Positions 29,730 to 38,907 of a DNA stretch of 64,000 nucleotides are shown here, one piece after another (positions within the stretch are counted from its first letter, which is position 1; every line of letters begins with the position of its first letter). The notes beneath the pieces are model-generated. The model was not told the origin of the DNA. It did no database searches and saw only the letters and a program-made list of their open reading frames with translations. Source of the DNA: Patescibacteria group bacterium (GTDB lineage Bacteria > Patescibacteriota > Patescibacteriia > SG8-24 > DYFX01); the NCBI GenBank assembly GCA_030583805.1, contig CP129476.1, positions 181,453 through 245,452 on the forward strand, in the 5' to 3' direction. A program made the translations under genes and the position numbers.

Positions 29730-30913
29730 GCGTTCATCCGCGTAACACGGAAGATCATCGTTTTCAGGTAGAGCGACTCCGGGAAGTAGACCGATTGCGG
29801 ATGATCCGGGCTTTGTCGGACAACCTCAAGCACATCGAGGCGGAGTCCGGCCTGGACGGAAGCGCGGCGAAGCGTGAAAGCCAGATCGTCTTCCGAAAGG
29901 AAGTGCGAGCAGCTCGACGTCGCGAAGATGCCGCCGTCTTCCACGAGGCGCATCGCCGCGCGGTTCAGGAAGTGGTACGCCTTGCGGCCTTCTTCGGCGT
30001 CTTTCATCGTCTTGATGAGCGCCGGCGGATCCATAACGACCATGTCGTAGGTTTTTTCCTGCCCCGCGCCCAGCCATTGGAAAATGTCGGTCTGTTCGGT
30101 CGTGAATTTCTTTTCGGAGAAGTCGTGGAGTTCGGCGTGCTTTTGGCAAAGCGCGAGCGCTTCCTCGGAGGCGTCGATGTTGTGTACCGATTTGGCGCCG
30201 GCAGCCATCATCGCCACGCCGGCGGCTCCGGAATACGAGAACAGGTTCAGGACGGTTTTCCCTTTCGCGATGCGTCCGAGGGCGTTTCGCGCGTCTTTTT
30301 GATCGAGGAAAAAGCCGGTCTTCTGTCCTTTAATCGGGTCGGCCAGAAAACGCACGCCATGCTCCTCGAACGGGACGAGGTCGTCGGCTGCGCCTTCGTG
30401 GATTTTTACGACGTCTTCCAAGCCTTCTTCGGCGCGGACCGGCATATCGCTGCGCTCAATCAAGCAGGCCGGCCGAAGCGTCGTCGTAAGAGCCTGAATC
30501 ACGTCTTCGCGCATGGCGTCCATGCCGGACGTTGAAATCTGGAAGACGATCGTTTCGCCGAACCGGTCGACGACAAGTCCCGGAATACCGTCCGCTTCGC
30601 CAAAGACGACGCGGTAGCCGGTCGTGCCGGTTTTGGGGCCGTAGCCCATAAGCGCGCGGCGCTCCTGCGCCTCAACGATCTTTTTTTCGAGCCAAGCGCG
30701 GTCGATCGTCGCTTCGCCGAATTCGAAACAGCGCACGGCGATCGACGATCGGGCGGAGAACGTTCCGGTCGCCAAAATCTTCCCGTTCTTGTCGGCCACG
30801 CGCACGATCGAGCCGTGCTCGGCTTCAAGATCCTCGAGCGCGCCGGAGAAGATCCATGGGTGGCGGAAGCCGACGTTCGCTTCCTTGCCGGTCTTGAGAG
30901 TAAGTGTGGTCAT
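29726..30913 (-). CDS. rlmI: class I SAM-dependent rRNA methyltransferase with PUA-like N-terminus (RlmI-like)
   Basis: PUA-like N-domain and a Rossmann MTase core (VLNLFSYSGAAG, DPPA). Start ambiguous between 30913 and 30928. Confidence 0.75.
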   Translation of the reverse strand: MTTLTLKTGKEANVGFRHPWIFSGALEDLEAEHGSIVRVADKNGKILATGTFSARSSIAVRCFEFGEATIDRAWLEKKIVEAQERRALMGYGPKTGTTGYRVVFGEADGIPGLVVDRFGETIVFQISTSGMDAMREDVIQALTTTLRPACLIERSDMPVRAEEGLEDVVKIHEGAADDLVPFEEHGVRFLADPIKGQKTGFFLDQKDARNALGRIAKGKTVLNLFSYSGAAGVAMMAAGAKSVHNIDASEEALALCQKHAELHDFSEKKFTTEQTDIFQWLGAGQEKTYDMVVMDPPALIKTMKDAEEGRKAYHFLNRAAMRLVEDGGIFATSSCSHFLSEDDLAFTLRRASVQAGLRLDVLEVVRQSPDHPQSVYFPESLYLKTMIFRVTRMNA

Positions 30914-30942
30914 ATCGGAGCGAAGCATAGCAGCGATCGGCG

Positions 30943-30973
30943 TAAAAGAAAAGGCTCGCCCTTGCGGGCGAAC
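30943..30973 (-). terminator. Rho-independent terminator after the DUF4349-like gene (minus strand)
   Basis: Minus strand reads GTTCGCCCGCAAGGGCGAGCC followed by TTTTCTTTTAC. Confidence 0.4.
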
Positions 30974-30982
30974 CTTCCCCTT

Positions 30983-31972
30983 CTACATCTGTCGGCGTTT
31001 CTTCCAAGCTCGGACGACGACCCATGCGATCAGGCCGACCGGGAGCAGGATGCCGCCCCAGACGATTACGACCCAGATAATGCCGGCAACCACGTCCTGC
31101 GCAACGACGACCAGCGTTTGGAACGCCTCTTTGACGATGGCGAACGGACGGAATTCCTTGGTCGGCGCGCGTACCGCGGGCTCTTCGGACAGCGAGACAG
31201 AGATCGTGGAGTACGACGTCGAGTTCGTCAGGTATTGGATACGGCCTTGGAGCGACTCGATCTGGGAACGGATCATGCCGAGGCGCTCTTGGACATTCAA
31301 GATATCCTCGACGCTCTTAGCCTGCTTGAGCACCTCCAGATACGTTTCTTCTTGCGCTCGGGCGTTGCGCAGCTGCGCTTCAAGGTCGGTGTATTGCTCG
31401 GTCACGTCTTGGCCGCTTGAAGACTCGTTGCGTACGAGCGTCGCCAGGCCGCGAAGTTCCGCCATGACCGACTCGAAGGTTTCGACAGGCACGCGGACGA
31501 CCACGTAGCCGTAATAGGCGCCGTTTCCACCCTCACTGACCGAAGACGACTGCACGAAACCTCCGCGCTCAACGGCGACGCCGCCGACTTTTGCCGCAGC
31601 ATCAGGCACGTTGTCGACGAGAAGATCGAGGTTTCCGGTCTTGATGATCTTCTGATCGGCGTCGGCCGCTGTGGGCCCGGCACTGTCGCCTCCATAATAC
31701 GGAGGCATCATGCGACCTTCGAGTACTATCGGTGCACCTGGCATCGTCGGCTGGATCTGCTTGCCGGAGCTGTTGCCCATCATGCCGTACCCGTCCGAGG
31801 ATTCCTGTTCGCCCATGCTCGTGACGGCGTACAGACCTCGCTGCCAGCTGACCGGCTCGTACGCGTCTTCGCGCGCGGTCCACAATACTGCGCCGCTGAT
31901 CGCGAAAGCGATCACGAGCAGCAGGGCCGCGGTCTTGGGTCGCTCTTTAAAGTGCGCGATGAGTTGTCGCAT
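30983..31972 (-). CDS. DUF4349-like membrane-anchored protein
   Basis: N-terminal TM, central coiled-coil (TEQYTDLEAQLRNARAQEETYLEVLK...SQIESLQGRIQYL) and two C-terminal TM helices. This architecture matches DUF4349, by memory. Confidence 0.45.
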   Translation of the reverse strand: MRQLIAHFKERPKTAALLLVIAFAISGAVLWTAREDAYEPVSWQRGLYAVTSMGEQESSDGYGMMGNSSGKQIQPTMPGAPIVLEGRMMPPYYGGDSAGPTAADADQKIIKTGNLDLLVDNVPDAAAKVGGVAVERGGFVQSSSVSEGGNGAYYGYVVVRVPVETFESVMAELRGLATLVRNESSSGQDVTEQYTDLEAQLRNARAQEETYLEVLKQAKSVEDILNVQERLGMIRSQIESLQGRIQYLTNSTSYSTISVSLSEEPAVRAPTKEFRPFAIVKEAFQTLVVVAQDVVAGIIWVVIVWGGILLPVGLIAWVVVRAWKKRRQM

Positions 31973-32043
31973 AGCGTGGTAATGAATTCTGAGACCATTC
32001 TATCATATGTACGGGATCCGCGCGTTGTGGTAACGTCTCATCC

Positions 32044-32337
32044 ATGGAACGCTTCGAAACACCGCAAAAACCTGAACACGCGCAGGTGAGCGATCTGGCA
32101 GCCGCCGCCAAGCGCCTGGAGGCGACGGTTGACCGCAAGCGCGCGCCCGACGGCCATATTTACGCCGCGTTGGACCAGGCCAACATCCGCGACCTTGCCG
32201 CGCGCAAGAACCTGATCGGCAAGATCAAAGCTGAACTTTCCCGCCAGCGTCCAGTTCCGCTCTCAAAGCGCCAAGACCTCATCGAAGACGCGCGCCGCGC
32301 CAGCGAACTGCATCCGAAGGAGGAAGACGAGAGCTAG
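32044..32337 (+). CDS. hypothetical protein (97 aa)
   Basis: ORF followed by a strong terminator. No family recognised. Confidence 0.45.
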   Translation: MERFETPQKPEHAQVSDLAAAAKRLEATVDRKRAPDGHIYAALDQANIRDLAARKNLIGKIKAELSRQRPVPLSKRQDLIEDARRASELHPKEEDES

Positions 32338-32363
32338 CCCCGCGTGCGCGGGGTTTTTCTTTT
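32337..32363 (+). terminator. Rho-independent terminator (CCCCGCG-TG-CGCGGGG followed by TTTTTCTTTT)
   Basis: Perfect 7-bp GC stem followed by a T-run directly after the stop. Confidence 0.5.
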
Positions 32364-32368
32364 GTGCG

Positions 32369-32968
32369 TCAGCGAAACGCCGGAAATGCCTGATGCAGCG
32401 CTTTGCGGAGCACCCGGTGGTTCGGCACCGTTTTCGCGACCTGCGCCCAAAAGCGCGGCGAGTGATTGAACTCGATCAAATGCGAAAGCTCGTGCGCCAC
32501 GATGTATTCGGCGAGCGGCTCGGGCATGAGCGCGATCCGGTAGTTGAACGAGAGCGTTCCGCGCCGAGAACAGCTGCCCCATCGGCTCTTTTGATCGCGA
32601 ATCGAAACGGCGCGAACCGTGACGCCGTAGACCGGAGCAAGCCGCGCAATCAGCATGTACGCCCGGCGCCGCGCGGCTTCCTTATGGAGCATGTACGCGC
32701 CCCGCGCTTCGGCCTTTGCTGGCGGAGGCGGCACGCGTGAAAGCGTCTCTCGCGTGCGTTCGATCCAGGCGCGATTGCGTTCCAAAAAACCGGCAATGAG
32801 GGCGTACGAGCAGCGCCGCGGCACCGTGACGGACACGCGTCCGCCCGGATGCACGCGAATGCGCAAACTTCTGGCGCGCGCATGCGGGCGCACGTCCGCT
32901 TCAAACGGCAGGGAAACCTGGCGCTTCATAGGAACTGCATCGTACCGTTTTTTCAGCGCACCCGCCAT
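32369..32968 (-). CDS. YgjP/DUF45-family predicted zinc metallohydrolase (HExxH)
   Basis: C-terminal HELSHLIEFNHSPRFW is the hallmark of the DUF45/SprT-like metallopeptidase fold. Confidence 0.6.
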   Translation of the reverse strand: MAGALKKRYDAVPMKRQVSLPFEADVRPHARARSLRIRVHPGGRVSVTVPRRCSYALIAGFLERNRAWIERTRETLSRVPPPPAKAEARGAYMLHKEAARRRAYMLIARLAPVYGVTVRAVSIRDQKSRWGSCSRRGTLSFNYRIALMPEPLAEYIVAHELSHLIEFNHSPRFWAQVAKTVPNHRVLRKALHQAFPAFR

Positions 32969-33010
32969 TCCGTGCTATACTTGGCCTATTGTAATTCCCT
33001 TACGCTCCTT

Positions 33011-33478
33011 ATGAAGAACGGTGAGATGCAAAAGTACGTCCCGTACGTCCTTCTGGGCGTGCTGATCGGCGTCGTTATTTACGGTTTGGCTGCGCGCAAC
33101 ATCGCCGCGCCTACGGCGGAGCAGCCGACCGAACCGGTCGAGACGTCGCCAATGGCCGATGTCGTGATCGGCGGAGAAACCGAAGCCGCCGCGCCGGCTG
33201 CCGGCAAGGCATATCCGAAGGCCGCGCTTCCGTATATCGAGAACGGCTACCGCTTCCAGTTCTCGAACTGCCGCGGCACCCCGGGCAGCCTGGTCGTGAA
33301 AGCGGGCAAGTACTTCCTGTTCGACAACCGCGACAACAAGTCCCACACGATCGCGGTCGCGGGCCAGTCCTACTCGGTCGGCGCCTACGGTGCGGCGGTC
33401 GCGGCGGTCTGGAAGCCCGGCACCTACAACATCACCTGCGACGGCGGCGGAGCCGCATCGCTCACGGTGCAGAAGTAA
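33011..33478 (+). CDS. hypothetical membrane-anchored/secreted small protein (cupredoxin-like beta-rich C-terminus?)
   Basis: Start at the ATG at 33011 (MKNGEMQKYVPYVLLGVLIGVVIYGLAA). TM/signal anchor followed by a beta-rich domain ending NITCDGGGAASLTVQK. The longer ORF-track N-terminus is rejected. Confidence 0.45.
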   Translation: MKNGEMQKYVPYVLLGVLIGVVIYGLAARNIAAPTAEQPTEPVETSPMADVVIGGETEAAAPAAGKAYPKAALPYIENGYRFQFSNCRGTPGSLVVKAGKYFLFDNRDNKSHTIAVAGQSYSVGAYGAAVAAVWKPGTYNITCDGGGAASLTVQK

Positions 33479-33488
33479 GAGAACAAAA

Positions 33489-33515
33489 GCGCCCCTCGCG
33501 GGGCGTTTTTCGTTT
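33489..33515. terminator. bidirectional terminator (CGCCCC-TCG-CGGGGCG with T-runs on both strands)
   Basis: Lies between the convergent 33011..33478 gene and nrdA. Confidence 0.5.
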
Positions 33516-35425
33516 TATTGGCAGACCGCGCATTCTTCGTTGGCGAAGTCGCGCGCCTGGACTTTCAACTGGGCGTTATCGATCGCGTCGGCTTCGATCG
33601 GTGCGGCCGAGCGGAGATAGTAGAGGCTCTTGGCGCCAGCCTTCCAGGCTAGGAAGTGCGCTTCATGGAGATACTTGCCGCTGATCGGCGTTGGGAAGAA
33701 CAGGTTGATCGACTGCGACTGGCAGAGATACGGCTGGCGGTCGGCGGCCTGCTGCACGATCTCGCGCATGTTCATCTCGTAACCGGTGCGGAACACGGCC
33801 TTTTCCTCGTCGGTTAATTCCTCCATGTGCTGGACTGAACCCTTGGCGGCGATGACCTTTTTCCACGTTTCAACGGTGTTGATCCCCTTCTTTTCGAAGA
33901 GCTTCTCAAGGTGGCGTCCTTTGACCAGGAAGCTGCCCGAAAGCGTCTTCTGGAGATAGGCGTTGCCCGTGATCGGCTCGACGCACGGCGTCGCTTCGCC
34001 GCAGATGAAGCTGATCGACGCGGTCGGCGCGATCGAAAGAATGTAGCTGTTGCGCTGGTCGCCTCCGTCGAGCGGGGCGCCGCGTTCCTCTTTCAGCTTC
34101 CGAGACGCCGCTTTGGCGTGCTTGTGGATCAGGCTGAAGATTTTCTTGTTGATGGCGCGTGCCGCCATGCTTTCGAACGGCAGGTTCTTGGACATCAGAT
34201 AGCCGTGGTAGCCCATGACGCCGAGACCGATCGAACGTTCATGCAGCACCGAATTGATCGACTTCGCGTAGTACTTCGGATCGGCCGCTTCGACGAAGTT
34301 ATCGAGAACGTTATCGAGCGCGCGGACGGCATCGTTGATGAGCGACTCGGCCTCCGGCTCCCACTCGTCGAAGCGCTCGAGGTTGAGCGACGACAAGCAG
34401 CAAACAGCCGTGCGGTCGTGGGTGGTCGGCAGCGTGATTTCCGAGCAGAGGTTGCTCTGCTGGATGAAGAGGCCTTTTTCGGCGTGATGCGCGGGAACGG
34501 CGCGATTCACCGTATCGATAAACAAGAGGTACGGTTCGCCCGTTTCGACGCGCGTCTTCAAAATTTTGCGCCAGACTTCCGTGGCGTCGAGTTCCTTGAC
34601 CGCGACGTTGCGCTTGGGATCGATCAGCTGGTACGTGCGCTTCTCCTCGACGGCTTTCATGAACTCGTCGGTGATGACGAGTCCGTGGTTCGTATTCAAA
34701 CAGCGGCGGTTCATGTCGCCGACCGGTTTGCGGATGTCGATGAATTCCTCGATGTCCGGATGATCGACGCGCAAATAAGCCGCGCCCGCGCCGCGTCGCA
34801 CGCCGCCCTGCGAAACCGCGATAATGGAAGAATCCATCACCTTGATGAACGGGATGACTCCCGACGAGGTGCCGCCCATGGAAAGCGGCGCATTCTGGCC
34901 GCGCAGCTCGGACCAGCTCGTACCGATGCCGCCGCCGTTCTTGGAAATGAACGCGTTCTCGGCGTAGCCGGCATAGATGCCTTCGATCGAGTCCTCGACC
35001 GTGTTCAAAAAGCACGAAATCGGCAAACCGCGGTTCGTGTAGGTGTTGGTCAAGACGGGCGTGGCCGGCATGAACCAGTTTTTCGACATCGCGTCGTAGA
35101 GGCGCTGCGCGTGCTCCGCATCTCCGCGCGCCATGCCGCAGGCCACGCGCGAGAAGAACATCTGCGGATCCTCGACAATCCGGCCAGTCGCGTCCTTCAA
35201 AAAATAACGATCGCGCAGGTTTTCGAGGCCGAAATAGGTCAAAAGCGCGTTGCGATCCTGGCGCGTAACGATTTTGCGCTGCACGTCCGCGTCGCCCCGA
35301 TATTGCGGCGAATCCCAGCTGCCGCGTCCCTGGGTCTTGGCCAGGACTTCTTCAAGAAGAATATCGCGGGCGTCAGCCAGGTCGTTGTTGGACAGGGCGT
35401 CGATCACGGAAGCGTGGCGCGGCAT
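33515..35425 (-). CDS. nrdA: class I ribonucleoside-diphosphate reductase alpha subunit, short form without N-terminal ATP-cone
   Basis: Active-site NLCSEI. C-terminal redox Cys pair (ECAVCQ). No VIKRDG-type ATP-cone at the N-terminus. Downstream of the R2 gene. Confidence 0.85.
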   Translation of the reverse strand: MPRHASVIDALSNNDLADARDILLEEVLAKTQGRGSWDSPQYRGDADVQRKIVTRQDRNALLTYFGLENLRDRYFLKDATGRIVEDPQMFFSRVACGMARGDAEHAQRLYDAMSKNWFMPATPVLTNTYTNRGLPISCFLNTVEDSIEGIYAGYAENAFISKNGGGIGTSWSELRGQNAPLSMGGTSSGVIPFIKVMDSSIIAVSQGGVRRGAGAAYLRVDHPDIEEFIDIRKPVGDMNRRCLNTNHGLVITDEFMKAVEEKRTYQLIDPKRNVAVKELDATEVWRKILKTRVETGEPYLLFIDTVNRAVPAHHAEKGLFIQQSNLCSEITLPTTHDRTAVCCLSSLNLERFDEWEPEAESLINDAVRALDNVLDNFVEAADPKYYAKSINSVLHERSIGLGVMGYHGYLMSKNLPFESMAARAINKKIFSLIHKHAKAASRKLKEERGAPLDGGDQRNSYILSIAPTASISFICGEATPCVEPITGNAYLQKTLSGSFLVKGRHLEKLFEKKGINTVETWKKVIAAKGSVQHMEELTDEEKAVFRTGYEMNMREIVQQAADRQPYLCQSQSINLFFPTPISGKYLHEAHFLAWKAGAKSLYYLRSAAPIEADAIDNAQLKVQARDFANEECAVCQ

Positions 35426-35476
35426 AGGCTTGCTTGTTTAATAGCATTGAATACGGCGCGAACCGACGCGACGGCT

Positions 35477-36478
35477 TCAGGTCCAATCCTCGAGGATGGC
35501 GCCCTTGCCGTACTCCGTCGCGCGGTTTTCGAAAAAGTTGGTGTGCTCCTTGGCGTTGACCATCGTGTCGAGCCAGAGCAGCGGGTTGGCGGTACGGTAC
35601 TTCGCTTCCAAGCCGATCTCCTGGAGCTTCTTGTCGGCGGTATAGCGGATATAGGCTTTGACTTGGTCGGCCGTGAGCCCCGGAACGTCGCCCATCGAGA
35701 AACAGGTGTCGATGAAGCGGTCTTCGAGCTGCACCATGTCGTCGCAGGCTTTGTAGAGCTTGGCTTGGAATGCCTCCGTCCAGATCTGCTTGTTCTCGGC
35801 GACCAGGTCGCGGAAGAGGTGGCAGACGCCGCGGCTGTGCAGGCTCTCGTCGCGGATGCTCCAGGTGACGATCTGCCCGACGCCCTTCAGCTTGCCCATG
35901 CGCGGGAAATTCATCAGGATCGCGAAGCTCGAAAAAAGACTGACGCCTTCCATGAACGCGCCGAAGACGGCGAGGTTCAGCGCGAGATCTTCAACCGTGT
36001 TCGTTTCAAAGTCCTGCAGGAACTGATACTTGTTGCGCATCGCTTCGTACTCGAGAAACGCGGAGTATTCGCGCTCCGGCAAGCCGAGCGAATCGTTGAG
36101 GTAGGAGTAGGCCCAGACGTGGATGCTTTCCATGGCCGCGAAGGCCGAAAGCATCATCTTGATTTCCGGTTTCGGAATCGCCGGAATCAGCCGCGTGTTG
36201 TAGTTGTTGTTGACCTCGATGTCGCCCTGCGTGAAGAAGCGGAGGATTTGGACGATGAGGTTTTTTTCTTCCTCGGAAAGTCGGAATTTGTAGTCGGCGA
36301 TATCGGCTTCCATCGGCACTTCCGTCGGCATCCAATGCGCTTGGTTTTGCTTTTGGAAATATTCAAAATAGTGCGGGTACTCGAACGGACGGTAGAATTT
36401 TCTCGGTGTAAGAATGCGCGAAGTGGACATAAGGCGAGAAAAAACATCAGAGACCGCATTCACAACATATTGTGTCAT
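35477..36478 (-). CDS. nrdB: class I ribonucleotide reductase beta (R2) subunit
   Basis: Ferritin-like di-iron ligands (E..H twice). Radical Tyr context ESIHVWAY. C-terminal ...EDW tail. Confidence 0.85.
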   Translation of the reverse strand: MTQYVVNAVSDVFSRLMSTSRILTPRKFYRPFEYPHYFEYFQKQNQAHWMPTEVPMEADIADYKFRLSEEEKNLIVQILRFFTQGDIEVNNNYNTRLIPAIPKPEIKMMLSAFAAMESIHVWAYSYLNDSLGLPEREYSAFLEYEAMRNKYQFLQDFETNTVEDLALNLAVFGAFMEGVSLFSSFAILMNFPRMGKLKGVGQIVTWSIRDESLHSRGVCHLFRDLVAENKQIWTEAFQAKLYKACDDMVQLEDRFIDTCFSMGDVPGLTADQVKAYIRYTADKKLQEIGLEAKYRTANPLLWLDTMVNAKEHTNFFENRATEYGKGAILEDWT

Positions 36479-36486
36479 GCGGTCTC

Positions 36487-36515
36487 AGTATACCACTACG
36501 TGTAGTGTTTATGAA
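36487..36515 (-). promoter_or_regulatory. candidate nrdB promoter (extended -10 TGGTATACT, -35 TTCATA) with an overlapping 14-bp palindrome CACTACGTGTAGTG (NrdR-box-like)
   Basis: On the minus strand: TTCATA, 17 nt, TATACT, then 8 nt to the ATG. The palindrome at 36494-36507 sits in the spacer. About 12 of 16 positions match the NrdR-box consensus acaCwAtATaTwGtgt (consensus recalled from memory). Confidence 0.3.
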
Positions 36516-36626
36516 TCCTGCAGGTGGGGATAAACGGAACGGCTCACGACAGAGCGCGTTCAGTCTAATTTTTTTGCGGTCGGCGCGCCAGAGGATATGC
36601 TGTGGACAGGAGACGCGTCGTACATT

Positions 36627-37106
36627 CTACACATGGCAGCTCCCCTGCCCGCGCTTCATGAGGTACTTTTGGTGGTAGTCTTCAGCCCTCCAAAACTCTT
36701 TCGCAGGCGTAATTTCCGTCACGATCGGCTTTGGCCATTTGCCGGAGGCTTCCAGCTCCGCTTTGGAACGCTCCGCCGCTTCCTTTTGCGACGCATCATG
36801 ATAGAAGATCGCGGAACGGTATTGCGTGCCCACGTCCGGTCCCTGGCGGTTCAGGGTCGTCGGATTATGATTCTCCCAAAAGATCTTGAGGAGCTTTTCA
36901 TACGACACGCGCTCGGGGTCATACGTGACTTGCACGACCTCGGCGTGCCCCGTGGCGTCGCTGCAGACATCCTCGTAGGTTGGGTGCGGTTTTGAACCGC
37001 CCATGTAGCCCACGGCGGTTTCCGTCACGCCTTCCAAGGTGCGATAGGTCTCCTCAACACCCCAAAAACAGCCGGCGCCGAAGGTTGCAGTTGCAAGTTG
37101 TGGCAT
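36627..37106 (-). CDS. msrA: peptide methionine sulfoxide reductase MsrA
   Basis: GAGCFWG active-site motif near the N-terminus. Start at the ATG at 37104-37106 ([18 protein letters not shown]). The upstream 108 codons of the ORF track are rejected. Confidence 0.85.
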   Translation of the reverse strand: MPQLATATFGAGCFWGVEETYRTLEGVTETAVGYMGGSKPHPTYEDVCSDATGHAEVVQVTYDPERVSYEKLLKIFWENHNPTTLNRQGPDVGTQYRSAIFYHDASQKEAAERSKAELEASGKWPKPIVTEITPAKEFWRAEDYHQKYLMKRGQGSCHV

Positions 37107-37149
37107 ATGCGGCCATGATAGCAGACGGGACAGGATCAAGGAGGATCCC

Positions 37150-37818
37150 ATGCACATTTTGGACTTCACGCCGGAGGAGATCGCGGCGGCTCTGAAGAAC
37201 GAGGAAAAGGCCAAAAAGAGCCTCGACGACAAGCTGGCTCGGGTCGCCGAACAGATGAGCAAGCTTGCCAAAAAGCAAGCCGAGCTCAAGAAAGAAGTCG
37301 CCGCTTCCGAGTGGAGGCTCAACCATCTCGACGTTTCACAGGCACTGCACGTTCTGATTCCGGAGGAGCTCTGGAGCCTGCGTGCCGCGCTGGCCAAGAA
37401 ACGCATCGAGGCGCGCGAGACCGATTCCAAGCGAGAATCCGCATCGCTGCATGCGGAAGCCGCGCAGATGGAGAAGGAGCTTCTCGCGAAGTGTCCGCAT
37501 CCGCTCGTGGTTAACGCGGCAGGCTATCAAGCGACCAATCACAATGACGATGATGACCGCTCGGAGCCTGGAGAACGGTTCTGCGCCGTCTGCAATCATC
37601 ACGAGGTCGAGTACGCTCGATGGAGCGGCCAAGAAGCCGGCTTCAAGAAGCTCGTCGAGGCCGAGAACCGCGTCTGGGCCAGGGAGCACCGCGAAGCGAT
37701 CGAGGATCTGCGCAAGACATTCCTCAAGATCGACGACTACCGCGAGCTCCTCAATCACTTCACGCCACAGCGGGCACTCGAACTTCTCGAGAGCCTCCGC
37801 AAGACGCCGACGAAATGA
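37150..37818 (+). CDS. hypothetical protein with N-terminal coiled-coil and C-terminal Cys/His cluster (222 aa)
   Basis: GGAGGA Shine-Dalgarno 6 nt before the ATG. KCPHP ... CAVCNHHE is a possible zinc site. Conflicts with the antisense ORF 37336..38250. Confidence 0.5.
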   Translation: MHILDFTPEEIAAALKNEEKAKKSLDDKLARVAEQMSKLAKKQAELKKEVAASEWRLNHLDVSQALHVLIPEELWSLRAALAKKRIEARETDSKRESASLHAEAAQMEKELLAKCPHPLVVNAAGYQATNHNDDDDRSEPGERFCAVCNHHEVEYARWSGQEAGFKKLVEAENRVWAREHREAIEDLRKTFLKIDDYRELLNHFTPQRALELLESLRKTPTK

Positions 37819-37890
37819 TCGTCGGTTTTTCATTTCTGAAAGGATTGACCGCGGAGACTTCGGCGCGTATCCTCGCGGCAGGAGGCACGC

Positions 37891-38868
37891 ATGATCGACA
37901 TCGGCATCGACTGGGAAGCGCACTACGGCAGCGGCTGGATCAAGCGTTTCAGCGCAGCTCCCGCATTCGAAGCCGGAGCATCGCTCCTGCGCGGAGCGGG
38001 ACTTCTCTGGATCGGCAGATACGGGCAGGGTCGCGTCGTCGGAACATCGGCGAGTAACCTGGCGAGCCAGATGCGGGATCTCGGAGAGCACTGGAGGGCT
38101 GCCGGTTTGCGCTGGACCGCCACGCTTCTTTCGGAAAGAGGACTCGATGGCGATTCGGCATACCTTCTGCACAAGTTCCACGACCGGCGCCGTTATCAAT
38201 GTGAGGGCGCGCCGCACAAACATCCCAACGCCGCGAGGCGGCTGACGCAAGCCGCGCTGGTCATGGCTTCCGACCGACTCGAAATTATCCGAGCTTCAAG
38301 CAAGCGGCTCGGCGGCACCCACAACGACGCGGATCTTTGGGAAGACCGCTTCGAGACGATGGGCGAGACCGCGCTTGGCACGCCGCCACATCCGCCGTTC
38401 TCCGCTTCGGAACAGCAGGCGCTCGAACGGTACGCGATCTATCGAACCTGCGAAGGCCTGACGCATACCGCCGCCGGCATCATCGGTGCTCGAGGCGAAT
38501 TCCAAAGCGGCGGAAAAACGGAAAAGGCCTCCAAACCGTGGTACGAGATCACCGATCATTTCACGAAGAAGGCGAAATGCGCCTACGAGGCGTTCGCCCA
38601 TGACGCGTCGCACGATCCGTCCGAGCACGTGCCGCTTATGTCGGTGTTCGACACCTCAATCCCGTACAGCGAGTTCTACGAACGCCACTACTCGAGCGAC
38701 GCAGCCGTCTATGGAGCTGCAGCCGTCATCGCTCTGTATGTCGGCTTGCTCCTCGCAGCGGCCAACGACGAAGAAAATCCGCTGGATACGCGCAACACGT
38801 TCAAGAAGGCCGGGCTCGATCTCACGCCCGTCCGCCGCCAGCGCGCCCTCCCTGCCGCCGACCTTTGA
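37891..38868 (+). CDS. hypothetical protein (325 aa) with C-terminal hydrophobic helix
   Basis: AGGAGG Shine-Dalgarno 6 nt before the ATG. C-terminal AAVYGAAAVIALYVGLLLAAA is a likely TM segment. No family recognised. Confidence 0.5.
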   Translation: MIDIGIDWEAHYGSGWIKRFSAAPAFEAGASLLRGAGLLWIGRYGQGRVVGTSASNLASQMRDLGEHWRAAGLRWTATLLSERGLDGDSAYLLHKFHDRRRYQCEGAPHKHPNAARRLTQAALVMASDRLEIIRASSKRLGGTHNDADLWEDRFETMGETALGTPPHPPFSASEQQALERYAIYRTCEGLTHTAAGIIGARGEFQSGGKTEKASKPWYEITDHFTKKAKCAYEAFAHDASHDPSEHVPLMSVFDTSIPYSEFYERHYSSDAAVYGAAAVIALYVGLLLAAANDEENPLDTRNTFKKAGLDLTPVRRQRALPAADL

Positions 38869-38907
38869 TCGGCGGTTTTTATGTTATGCTGCTGCCGAAG
38901 AACGACG

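Noticed and set aside
37336-38250. A 304-codon minus-strand ORF overlapping the two hypothetical plus-strand genes.
   Set aside because: It has no Shine-Dalgarno sequence, and its composition is Arg/Pro/Ala-biased. The plus-strand ORFs have near-perfect RBSs. This is left as a caveat rather than a feature.
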